Shown: piece after piece, positions 7,526-17,587 of the stretch
Numbering within the stretch: the first letter of the stretch is position 1
How the letters are laid out: each line of letters begins with the position of its first letter
DNA from: Coprobacillus sp.
GTDB taxonomy: Bacteria; Bacillota_I; Bacilli_A; RFN20; CAG-826
Direction of reading: 5' to 3'
NCBI GenBank assembly: GCA_021203905.1
Contig: JAJQAG010000003.1
Coordinates: forward strand, 192,830-256,829
Length of the DNA stretch: 64,000 bases
Position numbers and translations under genes: made by a program
Notes under the pieces: generated by a model
Told to the model about the DNA's origin: nothing
The model's input: only the letters and a program-made list of their open reading frames with translations
Database searches by the model: none

Positions 7526-9954
7526 AAAAAATAACATTAACCGGGATTCTAGCAAGAAAAACTACTAGAAGTATAAAAAATAACTGGGGACAATTTCTCT
7601 CTATTATTTTGATTACTGCCATTGCGGTTACTCTTTTCTTGGGTCTCAGTGCAAATGCAGAGTCTTTTAAAGATAGAATCAATCGTCTATATGAAGAATG
7701 CAATGTCGCTGATATCTGGATTACCACTGATGGGGAAAGCGAAGCAGACACCCAATATATCTCTTCACTTTTAAATGAGTCCGACTCTATGGAAGTGAGA
7801 GGCTATATTCCCGCCACCTTTGAAGAAGATTCGGCTTATATGGTGACCACTGATGTAATGCCAACGATTAACGCTCCATACATCGTAGATTCTCTCTTTG
7901 ATGATGAAGGAGAAGACTTCTTCATTGTGGATGAGGCTTTAGTGGGTTCTGATGTATCACTTACTGGATTAACTCTTGGTTCTGAGGTCAATGTTTCTAT
8001 CTCTGCCTCTCTTTTAGGAGAAACAGTGAAGTCATATCTTGGAAACGAGAGCCTTATTACAATGACCTTCACTATTAATGGAATGATGGAGTATGCAGAG
8101 AATGTTTCTACCTCCACTTATAATTCATCAACCTTCTTTGTAAGCACTAACTATTTTAAAAACGAACTTAAATCCGCTATCAGTGAGATGATAGGGACAT
8201 CTTCGTCTATCATCGATGCTCTTATAGATGATTATTCGTTGAATAATCAAATGATAATTAAAACCGGGAAGCACACCAAGGTTAGCAATCTTCTCTCTGA
8301 CATTAATGGCTACTATAGTAGCGGGGAAAACGAAGCCACATTGATGTATCTCTATGACTTAGACAACGCCCCCTTTAATATCATTGTTCAGGCGGATGCT
8401 GATCAAGCAGTTGCACTCTCCTATGCCTTCTCTTTTATTTTCTTCTTTGTCGCCTTACTTGTCATATTGACTACCATGTCACAGTTAATTGTTAAAGAAA
8501 GACAAGAGATAGGAACCTTAAAGGCTATAGGAATGAGTAGTCAAAGGATATTTGCGTCTTATCTGATACTGATGTTAGTCCTTGTTGGGATAGGTCTAGT
8601 TATAGGTATGATACTTGGGCCATTACTCCTTCCATCAATCATGGACATAAAATACTCAATTCTTTATACACTCCCTGCGATGAGATATGTGTTCCCGTGG
8701 GTGTATTTTGTTGCGACATTAGGTGTATTAGTGGTTCTTACCGCTCTTGTGGTTTATATCGCCTGCCGTAGTGAGTTAAGACTCAATCCTGCAAGCAGCA
8801 TGCGACCACCAATTATCAAGCCATTAAGGCCTAAAGATAACAAGGATAAAAAGCCAAAATTCTTGTATTTTAAGATGGCTATGAGAAATATTAGGCTGCA
8901 CCCCGCTAAATCAGTTATGGTGGTCGTGGGAATATTAGGATGCACCGCTCTACTTGTGTGTGGATATGGGATAGATGATACCCTAGACCACTCAATCGAC
9001 TATGATATCAAGAATTTCTATAATGCGGATGTGACCCTGACTTATTCCACAGGAACGGAATCACAACTGGAACTCTTATATCAATATGATGAAATCGAAT
9101 ATGCGGAGGAAGTGGCCTCCACATCAATCACGGTGATTGGAGAGAATAAAGGTAGCACAACAATGATGGATACAAACCTTTATGTTTTACCCATGGATCA
9201 CCAATTCCAGAACGTTGAATTTGATAGTGGAACAATCGCTATCTCTTCTAAAGTTTCAAAGGATGCTGGTATTGATGTAGGTGACACTATTACCTTTGAG
9301 ACAGTTGATGAAACATTTACTGGCACTGTCGGGGTGGTATATAAGACATTCGTCTTCCATGGAATATTAGTTTCTAGTTCTAATGAAGCGTATGCTCCAC
9401 TATATAGCAACATCTCTACCGCTTACATAAATGTCAAGGATGGAGTGAACAATGAAGATTTTGCACTGATGCTGAAAAACGACTTAAGTTTTGTTTCCAG
9501 TACAACAACATATGCAGAGACATATGATTACATTAATTCCATCATTAGCTCCATCTCTTTCATGACTTTAACAATCAAAATATTTGCAATTTTGCTTGCT
9601 GTAGTAGTGTTGTTTAATTTAACCTATCTAAACTTCAAGGATAGAACGAGAGAAATAGCAACCTTAAAGGTTACTGGATTCTCCACAGTCGATATCGCCA
9701 AAACTCTGATATACGAATCATTGATCCTTGTTCTTATTGGTGCGGTTATTGGACTGGCCGCTGGTTTCCCAATGGAGATTTTAGTGCTCTTTGTCAATAG
9801 AAACTCTCTTGTGGAATTCCTCTATACCGTGAGCGCTTGGACGATGATTTTGTCATTTATTATCACTATAGGAACCGCAATTATTATTAATATAATCCTG
9901 GCGACGAGAATAAGAAAAGTCCCCATGGTGGAATCTTTAAAGAGTGTCGAGTAG
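7522..9954 (+). CDS. ABC transporter permease with duplicated FtsX domains (MacB-type)
   Basis: 810 aa. GTG start overlaps the ATPase stop (GTGA). Two repeats each have a TM helix, a large extracytoplasmic domain and a 3-TM FtsX module. Confidence 0.8.
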   Translation: MKKITLTGILARKTTRSIKNNWGQFLSIILITAIAVTLFLGLSANAESFKDRINRLYEECNVADIWITTDGESEADTQYISSLLNESDSMEVRGYIPATFEEDSAYMVTTDVMPTINAPYIVDSLFDDEGEDFFIVDEALVGSDVSLTGLTLGSEVNVSISASLLGETVKSYLGNESLITMTFTINGMMEYAENVSTSTYNSSTFFVSTNYFKNELKSAISEMIGTSSSIIDALIDDYSLNNQMIIKTGKHTKVSNLLSDINGYYSSGENEATLMYLYDLDNAPFNIIVQADADQAVALSYAFSFIFFFVALLVILTTMSQLIVKERQEIGTLKAIGMSSQRIFASYLILMLVLVGIGLVIGMILGPLLLPSIMDIKYSILYTLPAMRYVFPWVYFVATLGVLVVLTALVVYIACRSELRLNPASSMRPPIIKPLRPKDNKDKKPKFLYFKMAMRNIRLHPAKSVMVVVGILGCTALLVCGYGIDDTLDHSIDYDIKNFYNADVTLTYSTGTESQLELLYQYDEIEYAEEVASTSITVIGENKGSTTMMDTNLYVLPMDHQFQNVEFDSGTIAISSKVSKDAGIDVGDTITFETVDETFTGTVGVVYKTFVFHGILVSSSNEAYAPLYSNISTAYINVKDGVNNEDFALMLKNDLSFVSSTTTYAETYDYINSIISSISFMTLTIKIFAILLAVVVLFNLTYLNFKDRTREIATLKVTGFSTVDIAKTLIYESLILVLIGAVIGLAAGFPMEILVLFVNRNSLVEFLYTVSAWTMILSFIITIGTAIIINIILATRIRKVPMVESLKSVE

Positions 9955-9961
9955 TAACATT

Positions 9962-10867
9962 ATGAACAAGAATTATAAACCAAAACCAAAGACATCCACT
10001 AACAATCAAAAGCAGGAATTCATCGTTGATGAATACACCGAACTTTTAACCTATCTTTTTAAGTGCTATCCATCCAAAGGAAGGAATGATGTAAAGGCTC
10101 TTTTATCTAAACATTTAGTAACTGTTAATGGGGTGGGTATTTCTCAATTTGATTTTAAATTATCACCAAAAGATCGAGTGGGTATTCTCTATCATCCTCT
10201 TGTTCAAAAAGTTACCCCAAAGCTTCCAATTATCTATGAAGATGATGAATTTATTGTCATCAATAAGCCTGCGGGACTCCTTGCCACACCAAACGACAAG
10301 GAGAAGAGTGACACAGCATATACAATCCTTTTAGATTATGTGCAAAAGAAAGATAAGCATAACCGTATTTATATAGTGCATAGAATAGATGAAGATACAT
10401 CGGGAATCATGATCTTTGTTAAAACACCAAAACTTCAGGAACTTCTTATTAATGACTGGAATAATCTTGTCATTAAAAGAGGGTATTATGCAGTTGTGAA
10501 GGGAGAGATGAAAGAAAAGCAAGGCAGTTTTGCGTCCTATTTAAAGAAGAATTCTCAACAAATGATGTATTCATCTAAAGATAAACATGGTCAATATGCG
10601 GTGACAGATTATAAAGTTGTAGCCTCTAATGGTGTTTACTCTCTCCTTGATGTAAGTATTAAGACTGGTAAGAAAAACCAGATTCGTGTTCATCTCTCAG
10701 AGAATGGTCACACTGTGGTGGGCGATGATAAATATGGAAACCCCTCAGATCCACTTGGAAGACTTGGTCTCCATGCCTATGAATTAACCTTTACACATCC
10801 TATTAGTAAGAAGGTAATGACTTTTAAGTCACCAATACCTCCTGAGTTCAAAAACCTTGTAAAATAG
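9962..10867 (+). CDS. RluA-family 23S rRNA pseudouridine synthase with an N-terminal S4 domain
   Basis: Catalytic motif HRIDEDTSGIMIF and a C-terminal K-x-Q-I-R-V-H motif. The start is either ATG 9962 or GTG 9944. Confidence 0.8.
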   Translation: MNKNYKPKPKTSTNNQKQEFIVDEYTELLTYLFKCYPSKGRNDVKALLSKHLVTVNGVGISQFDFKLSPKDRVGILYHPLVQKVTPKLPIIYEDDEFIVINKPAGLLATPNDKEKSDTAYTILLDYVQKKDKHNRIYIVHRIDEDTSGIMIFVKTPKLQELLINDWNNLVIKRGYYAVVKGEMKEKQGSFASYLKKNSQQMMYSSKDKHGQYAVTDYKVVASNGVYSLLDVSIKTGKKNQIRVHLSENGHTVVGDDKYGNPSDPLGRLGLHAYELTFTHPISKKVMTFKSPIPPEFKNLVK

Positions 10868-10885
10868 CGGAGTTTTTATAGAAAA

Positions 10886-11437
10886 ATGGTACTCGAAACC
10901 GAAAGACTTATCTTAAGAAATTGGGAGAGCGATGATGCTCCGGCATTTTACAATCTCGCAAAAGACCCAGAAATAGGGCCACTTTGTGGGTGGAAACCCA
11001 TTGAAAGCGTTCAACAAGCCCGGGCCACAATTATCATGAGCCTCTATTCAAGCGGGGATTTTGCCATAATTCTTAAAGAAACCCAGCAAGTCATCGGTGG
11101 AATTTCATTGAAGTACAATTATCCAGTTGACATTCATGTATCGGAAATTGGTTATTGGTTAGGTCGTGATTACTGGGGAAACCATTATATTGGTGAAGCC
11201 ATGGAAAGGCTTCTTGAGTATGCCTTCTTAGTCAATGGAAAGACTACCTTATGGATTGGTCATTACGCGGGCAACGAGAGAAGCAAATCAATTATTGTCA
11301 AAGCGGGATTTACCTATGTCCGAACTGTCTATCATACTTATCAAGTACAGCTTGAAGAGTACCGGGATTGTGTCTTATATAAACTCACAAAGAAACACTG
11401 GTTGGACTTACACCCAATGTATAAAAAATACCACTAA
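10886..11437 (+). CDS. GNAT family N-acetyltransferase (RimJ/RimL-like)
   Basis: 183 aa with a RimJ/L-like N-terminus (ETERLILRNWESDDAPAFY) and a GNAT core. Confidence 0.75.
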   Translation: MVLETERLILRNWESDDAPAFYNLAKDPEIGPLCGWKPIESVQQARATIIMSLYSSGDFAIILKETQQVIGGISLKYNYPVDIHVSEIGYWLGRDYWGNHYIGEAMERLLEYAFLVNGKTTLWIGHYAGNERSKSIIVKAGFTYVRTVYHTYQVQLEEYRDCVLYKLTKKHWLDLHPMYKKYH

Positions 11438-11540
11438 TCTCAACTCTTTTTGTCTTGAGAGGTCAATCAAACATTGTTATATCACTCAAAATCATATATT
11501 ATAAGTCTGTTGTTTGTGCAATTAAATTAAGGTTTATTGT

Positions 11541-11933
11541 ATGGCAGATCAGGTTACTAACGAAGCAAGTAAGATTCCATTTGAAGAAAAGAGCGACATC
11601 AAGAAGCTCTCTTTATATGTCGTTGTGGTGAATCGCGGACAAGGAGAAGAGGTCATTAAAGTTCTTCAATCTATTGATTCCACTTTTCAGATTTTATCTT
11701 TTGGTAAGGGGACCGCTTCAAAGTCCGTTTATGACATGCTTGGTAACGTTGATGAAGCTAAGGATATTATCTTTGCTTTTGTGGGCGAAGATATGCTTGA
11801 AACCGTTAGTGAAGAGTTAAATGCCTTCCTAGTTGCAACGAAATTTCATAGAGGAGTGGGATTTTGTGTTCCCCTCACATCTATCGTTGGAGCGGACATT
11901 TATAGATTATTAAGTGGAGATTTATCTAAATAA
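11541..11933 (+). CDS. divergent PII-like (GlnB/DarA-fold) small signalling protein, first of a pair
   Basis: 130 aa. A beta-alpha-beta core (YVVVVNRGQGEEV...FGKGTASK) resembles the PII/DarA T-loop region. The assignment is by pattern only. Confidence 0.4.
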   Translation: MADQVTNEASKIPFEEKSDIKKLSLYVVVVNRGQGEEVIKVLQSIDSTFQILSFGKGTASKSVYDMLGNVDEAKDIIFAFVGEDMLETVSEELNAFLVATKFHRGVGFCVPLTSIVGADIYRLLSGDLSK

Positions 11934-11947
11934 AGGAGATAGAAAGT

Positions 11948-12262
11948 ATGCAAGAAGGATATGAAGTGATTCTCGCTATTGTGAATGCCGGATCAAGTGA
12001 AGTGGTGGTCAATGCCGCGAGAAGTGCTGGCGCTAATGGTGGGACAATATTACATGGTCGTGGTTCCTTAACCCCAGAAGCCGCCGAAGAACTCGGACTA
12101 GCCATAAGTCCTGATAAAGAAGTTATTATGATTCTTGTTAAGGTAGAGATACGAGACGCAGTGCTACAGGCTATCAATGAGGTGGCGGGACTTCAAACTA
12201 ACGGCAATGGTATTGCTATGTCTCTCCCCTGTACAGATGTTGTGGGACTTAATTTCGAATAA
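11948..12262 (+). CDS. PII-like (GlnB/DarA-fold) small signalling protein, second of a pair
   Basis: 104 aa. ILAIVNAGSSEVVVNAARSAGANGGTILHGRGS and GNGIAMSLPCTDVVG parallel the GlnB GITGMTV..GFGRQKG and GKIGDGKIFV motifs. Confidence 0.45.
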   Translation: MQEGYEVILAIVNAGSSEVVVNAARSAGANGGTILHGRGSLTPEAAEELGLAISPDKEVIMILVKVEIRDAVLQAINEVAGLQTNGNGIAMSLPCTDVVGLNFE

Positions 12263-12285
12263 GTTTATTTCTACACATATAAAAA

Positions 12286-12312
12286 GTCTTGCCTCGCTGG
12301 CAAGATTTTTTA
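12286..12312. terminator. bidirectional rho-independent terminator between the PII-like pair and typA
   Basis: GTCTTGCC-tcgct-GGCAAGA stem flanked by A5 and T6 runs. Confidence 0.55.
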
Positions 12313-12328
12313 TATCTTTTTGGTTTCT

Positions 12329-14161
12329 TTACTCTTCCTCTTTGTCCATCTTTTGATGGGCATCAAACTTTTTACGCTCCGAAGTATTAAGAATCTTCTT
12401 TCTCATCCTATATGTAGTGGGGGTGATTTCCACTAATTCATCAGAATTGATATAGTCAAGACAAGCTTCAAGAGACATAAGACGGGGAGATTTAAGCACC
12501 ACAGTTAAATCTTTTGTGGAACTTCTCACATTAGTGAGATTCTTTTTGGTAACAACATTAACCGCTAAATCGAAGTCGTAGCGGTGTTCACCCACAATCA
12601 TTCCTTCATAGACATCTGTCGTGGGTTCGATAAACATGGTGCCACGATCTTCAACATGCTCAATTGCATATGGAGTGGCCCTTCCTGTTTCTGTGGCCAC
12701 TAAAACACCTATTTGTCTCTCTCCAATATCAGTCTTTTTATAGGGACGATATTCTTTAAAGACATGGGAGATAATCCCATAACCCTTTGTAAGGGTTAAG
12801 AAGTCTGTGGTGAAACCTAATAGACCTCTTGAAGGAATAATATAATCAAGTCTTGTCGTCGTTTCACTTGCCTCCATATCAACGAGTTGTGACTGTCTTT
12901 CTCCAATGACCTTCATCACATCCCCAACATATTCGTTAGGAACATCAATCATGAGATCCTCATAAGGTTCGCATTTAACCCCGTCAATTTCTTTGATAAT
13001 AACCTGTGGTTTAGATACTTGAAGTTCATATCCCTCTCTTCTCATATTCTCTAAGAGAATAGAGAGATGGAGTTCGCCTCTTCCTGAAACAATCCACTCC
13101 TCCGCACCAGAGACTCTCTCAACACGAAGAGCAACATCTCTTTGAACCTCTCTATAGAGTCTTTCTTCAATCTGCCTTGCAGTTAAGAATTTGCCATCTT
13201 TACCCGCAAAAGGAGAAGTGTTCACTCCAAAGTTCATCTGGAGAGTGGGTTCGTCTAACCTAATAGGTGGGAGGGGCTCTATGAAGTCTGTTGCACATAT
13301 GGTCTCCCCAACATTGATATCACTGAGGCCCGCAATAGCGATGATATCTCCAGCATGAGCTTCTTCTACTTCTATTCTTTTAATTCCTTGAGTGACAAAG
13401 AGTTTTAAAACTCGGAACTGTTTAGTGCTTCCATCATTACGAGAAACCACAACAAGATCATTAACATGTAGGTGTCCTCTTGTAATCGTCCCTATTCCAA
13501 TTCTTCCCACGAAATAGTTATAGTCTAAGAGCGCTATCTGCATTTGAAGAGGACCCTCTTCTTCCGCTTTCGGTTCTGGTATTTCATCAATAATTGTCTG
13601 AAATAAGCAATCCATTCCCTCAACTTGAGTGGAAATATCAGGATCAAGTGAACTAGTTCCTTTTACCGCGGAGGTATACACAACTTTAAAATCTAATAAG
13701 TCATCACTCGCTCCAAGTTCAATAAAGAGATTTAAGACATCATCAAGGACTTGAGGAATGTTGATATTAGGTCTATCAACTTTATTAATGACTACAATTG
13801 GTTTAATCCCCGCTTCAAGGGCCTTCTTTAAGACGAATCTTGTTTGAGGCATTGTCCCCTCAAAGGCATCTACGAGGAGTAGGACACCATCCACCATATG
13901 CATGATACGCTCAACTTCTCCTCCAAAGTCAGCGTGCCCCGGAGTATCAACAATATTAATTTTGTAATCGTGATACATAAAAGTAGTGGTCTTTGAAAGA
14001 ATGGTAATCCCTCTTTCTCTTTCAAGATCATTTGTATCAAGAAGACGATCCTGGACTTCTTCGCCGTTTCTAAAGAAACCCGCTGTTTTAAGGAGCTGGT
14101 CTACAAGAGTGGTTTTTCCATGGTCGACATGGGCAATAATGGCAATGTTTCGTGTTTTCAT
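12329..14161 (-). CDS. typA: translational GTPase TypA/BipA
   Basis: 610 aa. N-terminus [19 protein letters not shown] and EF-G-like domains throughout. Confidence 0.95.
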   Translation of the reverse strand: MKTRNIAIIAHVDHGKTTLVDQLLKTAGFFRNGEEVQDRLLDTNDLERERGITILSKTTTFMYHDYKINIVDTPGHADFGGEVERIMHMVDGVLLLVDAFEGTMPQTRFVLKKALEAGIKPIVVINKVDRPNINIPQVLDDVLNLFIELGASDDLLDFKVVYTSAVKGTSSLDPDISTQVEGMDCLFQTIIDEIPEPKAEEEGPLQMQIALLDYNYFVGRIGIGTITRGHLHVNDLVVVSRNDGSTKQFRVLKLFVTQGIKRIEVEEAHAGDIIAIAGLSDINVGETICATDFIEPLPPIRLDEPTLQMNFGVNTSPFAGKDGKFLTARQIEERLYREVQRDVALRVERVSGAEEWIVSGRGELHLSILLENMRREGYELQVSKPQVIIKEIDGVKCEPYEDLMIDVPNEYVGDVMKVIGERQSQLVDMEASETTTRLDYIIPSRGLLGFTTDFLTLTKGYGIISHVFKEYRPYKKTDIGERQIGVLVATETGRATPYAIEHVEDRGTMFIEPTTDVYEGMIVGEHRYDFDLAVNVVTKKNLTNVRSSTKDLTVVLKSPRLMSLEACLDYINSDELVEITPTTYRMRKKILNTSERKKFDAHQKMDKEEE

Positions 14162-14217
14162 AATAAAAAACCTTAACTATATTAGTTAAATGGTTTTTAT
14201 TATTCAACGATAATTTG

Positions 14218-15069
14218 TTAATCAAGATTCTTTATAATGTTATAGACTTGGTTTTTAGCAAGATGGTTTTCTTTGCAAATCGCCTCTATAGCGTCTTTTT
14301 TTGTGAGACCTTTTGCTAGATATTCACGACATAGATGTTCAATCTCTATATCACTAAGGACCTCTTTGTTCTTTTCTTTTCCTTCAAGGACAATGACAAT
14401 TTCTCCAATAATTGTTGTGAAATCTAGTTCGAGTAATTCCCCTACTGTTCCATAGATATATTCTTCATTAATTTTCGTTAATTCCCTGCAAAGCGTCACT
14501 TTTCTATCTCCTAGAACGTCGTAAATAGAATGAAGTGTGGCCTCAATTCTATGTGGTGCTTCATAAAAGACAATTGTGTATAGCTCATTCTCTAGTTCCT
14601 TTAATTGCTTTTCTCTCGCGACCTTTTTAGCGTCAAGAAATCCATAGAAGAGGAATTTATCTTTTGACAAATTTGCCCCTAAAAGTGCGGAAAGCATTGC
14701 AGAACTCCCGTTAATTGTGGAAACGGCGATGTCGTTTGCAATGCATTTATTCACTAATATCTCTCCAGGATCAGATATTGTGGGATAGCCAGCATCAGAC
14801 ATGTAGACAACCTTCTTCCCTTGTTTAATTAAGGTGATAGCGAGATCCGCCATAGAAGATTCATTGTGTTCTCTGAGTGAGAGTAGTTCTTTGCCCTTAA
14901 TATTAAAAAAACCAAGCAATTTGCCGCTAACTCTTGTATCTTCACACATTATGACATCGCAATCTGATAAGGTTTCGATTGCTCTTGGATTCATTTCTTT
15001 AAGATTGCCGATAGGCGTGGCAATAAGATAGAGAAGGTATGGAGAGGAATAGCTTTTAACTCTCTTCAT
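14218..15069 (-). CDS. rsmI: 16S rRNA (cytidine1402-2'-O)-methyltransferase RsmI
   Basis: LYLIATPIGNL..ETLSDCDVIMCEDTR tetrapyrrole-methylase-fold motifs. The start is set to the internal Met (MKRVKS). The ORF track start at 15096 overlaps the upstream gene. Confidence 0.85.
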   Translation of the reverse strand: MKRVKSYSSPYLLYLIATPIGNLKEMNPRAIETLSDCDVIMCEDTRVSGKLLGFFNIKGKELLSLREHNESSMADLAITLIKQGKKVVYMSDAGYPTISDPGEILVNKCIANDIAVSTINGSSAMLSALLGANLSKDKFLFYGFLDAKKVAREKQLKELENELYTIVFYEAPHRIEATLHSIYDVLGDRKVTLCRELTKINEEYIYGTVGELLELDFTTIIGEIVIVLEGKEKNKEVLSDIEIEHLCREYLAKGLTKKDAIEAICKENHLAKNQVYNIIKNLD

Positions 15070-15973
15070 TTTTGTTCTTTCTCTTCCTGTTTTCACTTAC
15101 TATTTCATCATATCTAGAAAGGGGAATGGTTTGGATGTTATCTTCTCCTCTAAGTTCCACCACACCAGAGATCACATTAATTGATGAGACAGTAAATTGA
15201 TCATGGTCAATCCAAAGGGTCTGCCCAATATCTGGGAAGACCTCTTTAAGTTCAGAGTAGGCATCATCTTCATATTTGAGGCAACACATAAGTTTGTTAC
15301 ATTGACCACTTAGTTTGGGAATGTTTATTGTGAGCATTTGATTCTTCGCGCGATTGATTGAGATTCCATCAAACTCATTGAGAAACATCGAACAGCAAAG
15401 TGGAAGACCGCACACTCCTAAACCACCCACAGTTTTTGCTTTGTCTCTCGCTCCGACTTGTCGAAGTTCAATTCGAGTGTGGAAGTGACTCGCTAGAACA
15501 CGGAGCAATTCTCTAAAGTCCACTCTCTCATCCGCAACATAAGAGAAAGTGACCTTCGCTCTATCAAGAGTGTATTCACAATCAATGAGACGCATATCAA
15601 GACCAAGTCTCTTTATTTCAGTTGCACATATTCCTAATGCTTCCTCTGCATCAGCCTCGTTTGCTTCTTCGTTTTTGATATCTGTCGCCGTGGCTTTTCT
15701 TAAAACAGGTTTAAGTGCTAAATTTCGATTGTATTCATTAATATCAATGAGGTCAGTCACGACATTGACGAGTTCTATGCCTTTATTTGTTTCAACGACA
15801 ATTTTATCACCATTCTTGAGGTCGATATTATTCACCCCAAAAAAGTAGGTTCTTAAACCTTTGTTGAACTTCGCTCCAACATAATGACTAAAAGAGGAGA
15901 GGTCGAGGTTGCCTTCCGTCTCTTCTTCGCTATCTATTTCATCTTCTTCAATGTATTCTTCGTCTTCTTCCAT
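15056..15973 (-). CDS. ricT: PSP1 domain protein (RicT/YaaT-like)
   Basis: 305 aa with a Cys-rich PSP1 C-terminal region (GLPLCCSMFL..CNKLMCCLKYE). The position between holB and rsmI matches the Firmicutes yaaT locus. Confidence 0.75.
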   Translation of the reverse strand: MEEDEEYIEEDEIDSEEETEGNLDLSSFSHYVGAKFNKGLRTYFFGVNNIDLKNGDKIVVETNKGIELVNVVTDLIDINEYNRNLALKPVLRKATATDIKNEEANEADAEEALGICATEIKRLGLDMRLIDCEYTLDRAKVTFSYVADERVDFRELLRVLASHFHTRIELRQVGARDKAKTVGGLGVCGLPLCCSMFLNEFDGISINRAKNQMLTINIPKLSGQCNKLMCCLKYEDDAYSELKEVFPDIGQTLWIDHDQFTVSSINVISGVVELRGEDNIQTIPLSRYDEIVSENRKRKNKNEES

Positions 15974-15977
15974 AACC

Positions 15978-16964
15978 TTAGTCGCTTATTATCTCATTAA
16001 TGAGATGATCTAATAGGAGTGAAACATTGGCTCTATCTTGAAGGGTTACCTTGGCTTTCAATAGTTCGACAAGGCAAGAATCGAGATGTTTCACAGAGGA
16101 TATTAAATCCTTTAATATTGTATCATAACTCGTGATTAATGGTGATAAACCATTTTTCATGTTTAGAGCTTCTTCAAAGAAGAGTGTGAGTATATCCACA
16201 GCGTAAGAAGCATCTTCTTTACTTTTCACCAAAGGAATGAGATTTGTTTCCATCTTATAAACCGCTTTGGGATGATCATTTAGAGATTCGATAAGATCTA
16301 TAATAGTGTCTCTTATGACAATAAATTCAGTGTATTCACCTTCGTTTTTGACGACATCAGAGATTAAAGAAGCATCCTCATAGATATAAGAGAGTATTTC
16401 AGCATCTTCTCTCTTAACTCCTAACTCTAACGCCTCACTAATAATGATTTCTCGATCTATTGGAACAAGTTTAAGAGATTGGCAACGAGAGACAATTGTT
16501 GGCAAGACATAATTCTCATTTTGGGTTGTGAGGAATGCATAAACGTTATCCTTTGGTTCTTCTAGGAGTTTGAGCATAGCGTTAATCGCCTGGATAGTCA
16601 TCTTCTCAACGAGATTGATAATATACACGATAATTCCCTTAGCCTCAAAACTCTTGAGGTCAAATTGAGCCTCAATATTAGTAATCTCTCCAATCTTAAT
16701 TGAACCACTCTCTCCATCAATGACCACAAAATCAGGATAGTTGTCGTCATCAATGCGGATGCAGTTATAGCATTCTTCACACGCAAAAGGAGTGGGGTTC
16801 TCACAGAGTAGAGATTTTCCTAAAAACTTTGCCACTTCAAGAAGTGGACTCCCTGTTTGTCCGCTTATAAGATAAGCATGCGAAACATTTCCACTCTCAA
16901 GGGCATTAAGAAAGGTTTTATAGAGTATTGGTTGATGTTTTTCTAAATAGTTTTTAACGTTCAT
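15978..16964 (-). CDS. holB: DNA polymerase III subunit delta-prime
   Basis: AAA+ clamp-loader fold with HAYLISGQTG Walker-A-like motif and a CxxC zinc module. Synteny tmk-holB. Confidence 0.8.
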   Translation of the reverse strand: MNVKNYLEKHQPILYKTFLNALESGNVSHAYLISGQTGSPLLEVAKFLGKSLLCENPTPFACEECYNCIRIDDDNYPDFVVIDGESGSIKIGEITNIEAQFDLKSFEAKGIIVYIINLVEKMTIQAINAMLKLLEEPKDNVYAFLTTQNENYVLPTIVSRCQSLKLVPIDREIIISEALELGVKREDAEILSYIYEDASLISDVVKNEGEYTEFIVIRDTIIDLIESLNDHPKAVYKMETNLIPLVKSKEDASYAVDILTLFFEEALNMKNGLSPLITSYDTILKDLISSVKHLDSCLVELLKAKVTLQDRANVSLLLDHLINEIISD

Positions 16965-17575
16965 AATCTTTTTAAGATTATATCTAATACTTCTTTTTCT
17001 ACCTCTTCTAGAGGTTTAGAAGCATCGATAACAACATATCTCTTCTTGTATTTCTTTGCGAGTTTAAGGAAGGCCTCACGGACCTTTTTATGAAATTCCA
17101 TCTCTTCTAGGTCGAGACGATTGACTTCTCTATTGGAATTCGCTGCAATTCTTTCCATCCCCACAGTAGGATCAATATCAAAAAGGATTGTTAAATCAGG
17201 CCATGTATCTTCGGTCGCAAATAAGTTGGCATTAAGAATATTCTTAGTTCCAATACCACGACCCACTCCTTGGTAGGCAAGAGAGGAATCAAGATAGCGG
17301 TCGCAGATGACAATCTTACCTTCCTTTAAAGCCGGCCAAATCTTTTCCACTAAGTGTTGGCGACGACTGGCAGCATAGAGTAAAGCTTCGGTTCGTGGAT
17401 CCATCGCCTTATTTTCTTTATCTAAAATCACATTCCTTATCTGCTCGGAAATTGAAGTGCCTCCAGGTTCACGAGTCTCAACAATCTCGTAACCCCTTTT
17501 CTTGAGTTCACTGACTGCGTACTTTATGGCAGTGGTTTTTCCCGATCCTTCTGGTCCTTCTAATGTAATAAACAT
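16961..17575 (-). CDS. tmk: thymidylate kinase
   Basis: MFITLEGPEGSGKTT P-loop, DRY motif and lid region. Confidence 0.9.
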   Translation of the reverse strand: MFITLEGPEGSGKTTAIKYAVSELKKRGYEIVETREPGGTSISEQIRNVILDKENKAMDPRTEALLYAASRRQHLVEKIWPALKEGKIVICDRYLDSSLAYQGVGRGIGTKNILNANLFATEDTWPDLTILFDIDPTVGMERIAANSNREVNRLDLEEMEFHKKVREAFLKLAKKYKKRYVVIDASKPLEEVEKEVLDIILKRL

Positions 17576-17587
17576 TGATTTTATCTC

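Noticed and set aside
7126-7751. Nested minus-strand ORFs inside the ABC transporter genes.
   Set aside because: They lie fully within well-supported coding regions on the opposite strand and have no independent signals.
11438-11540. Possible terminator CTCAA-N11-TTGAG after the GNAT gene.
   Set aside because: The stem is short, the loop long, and no T-run follows, so it is not convincing.
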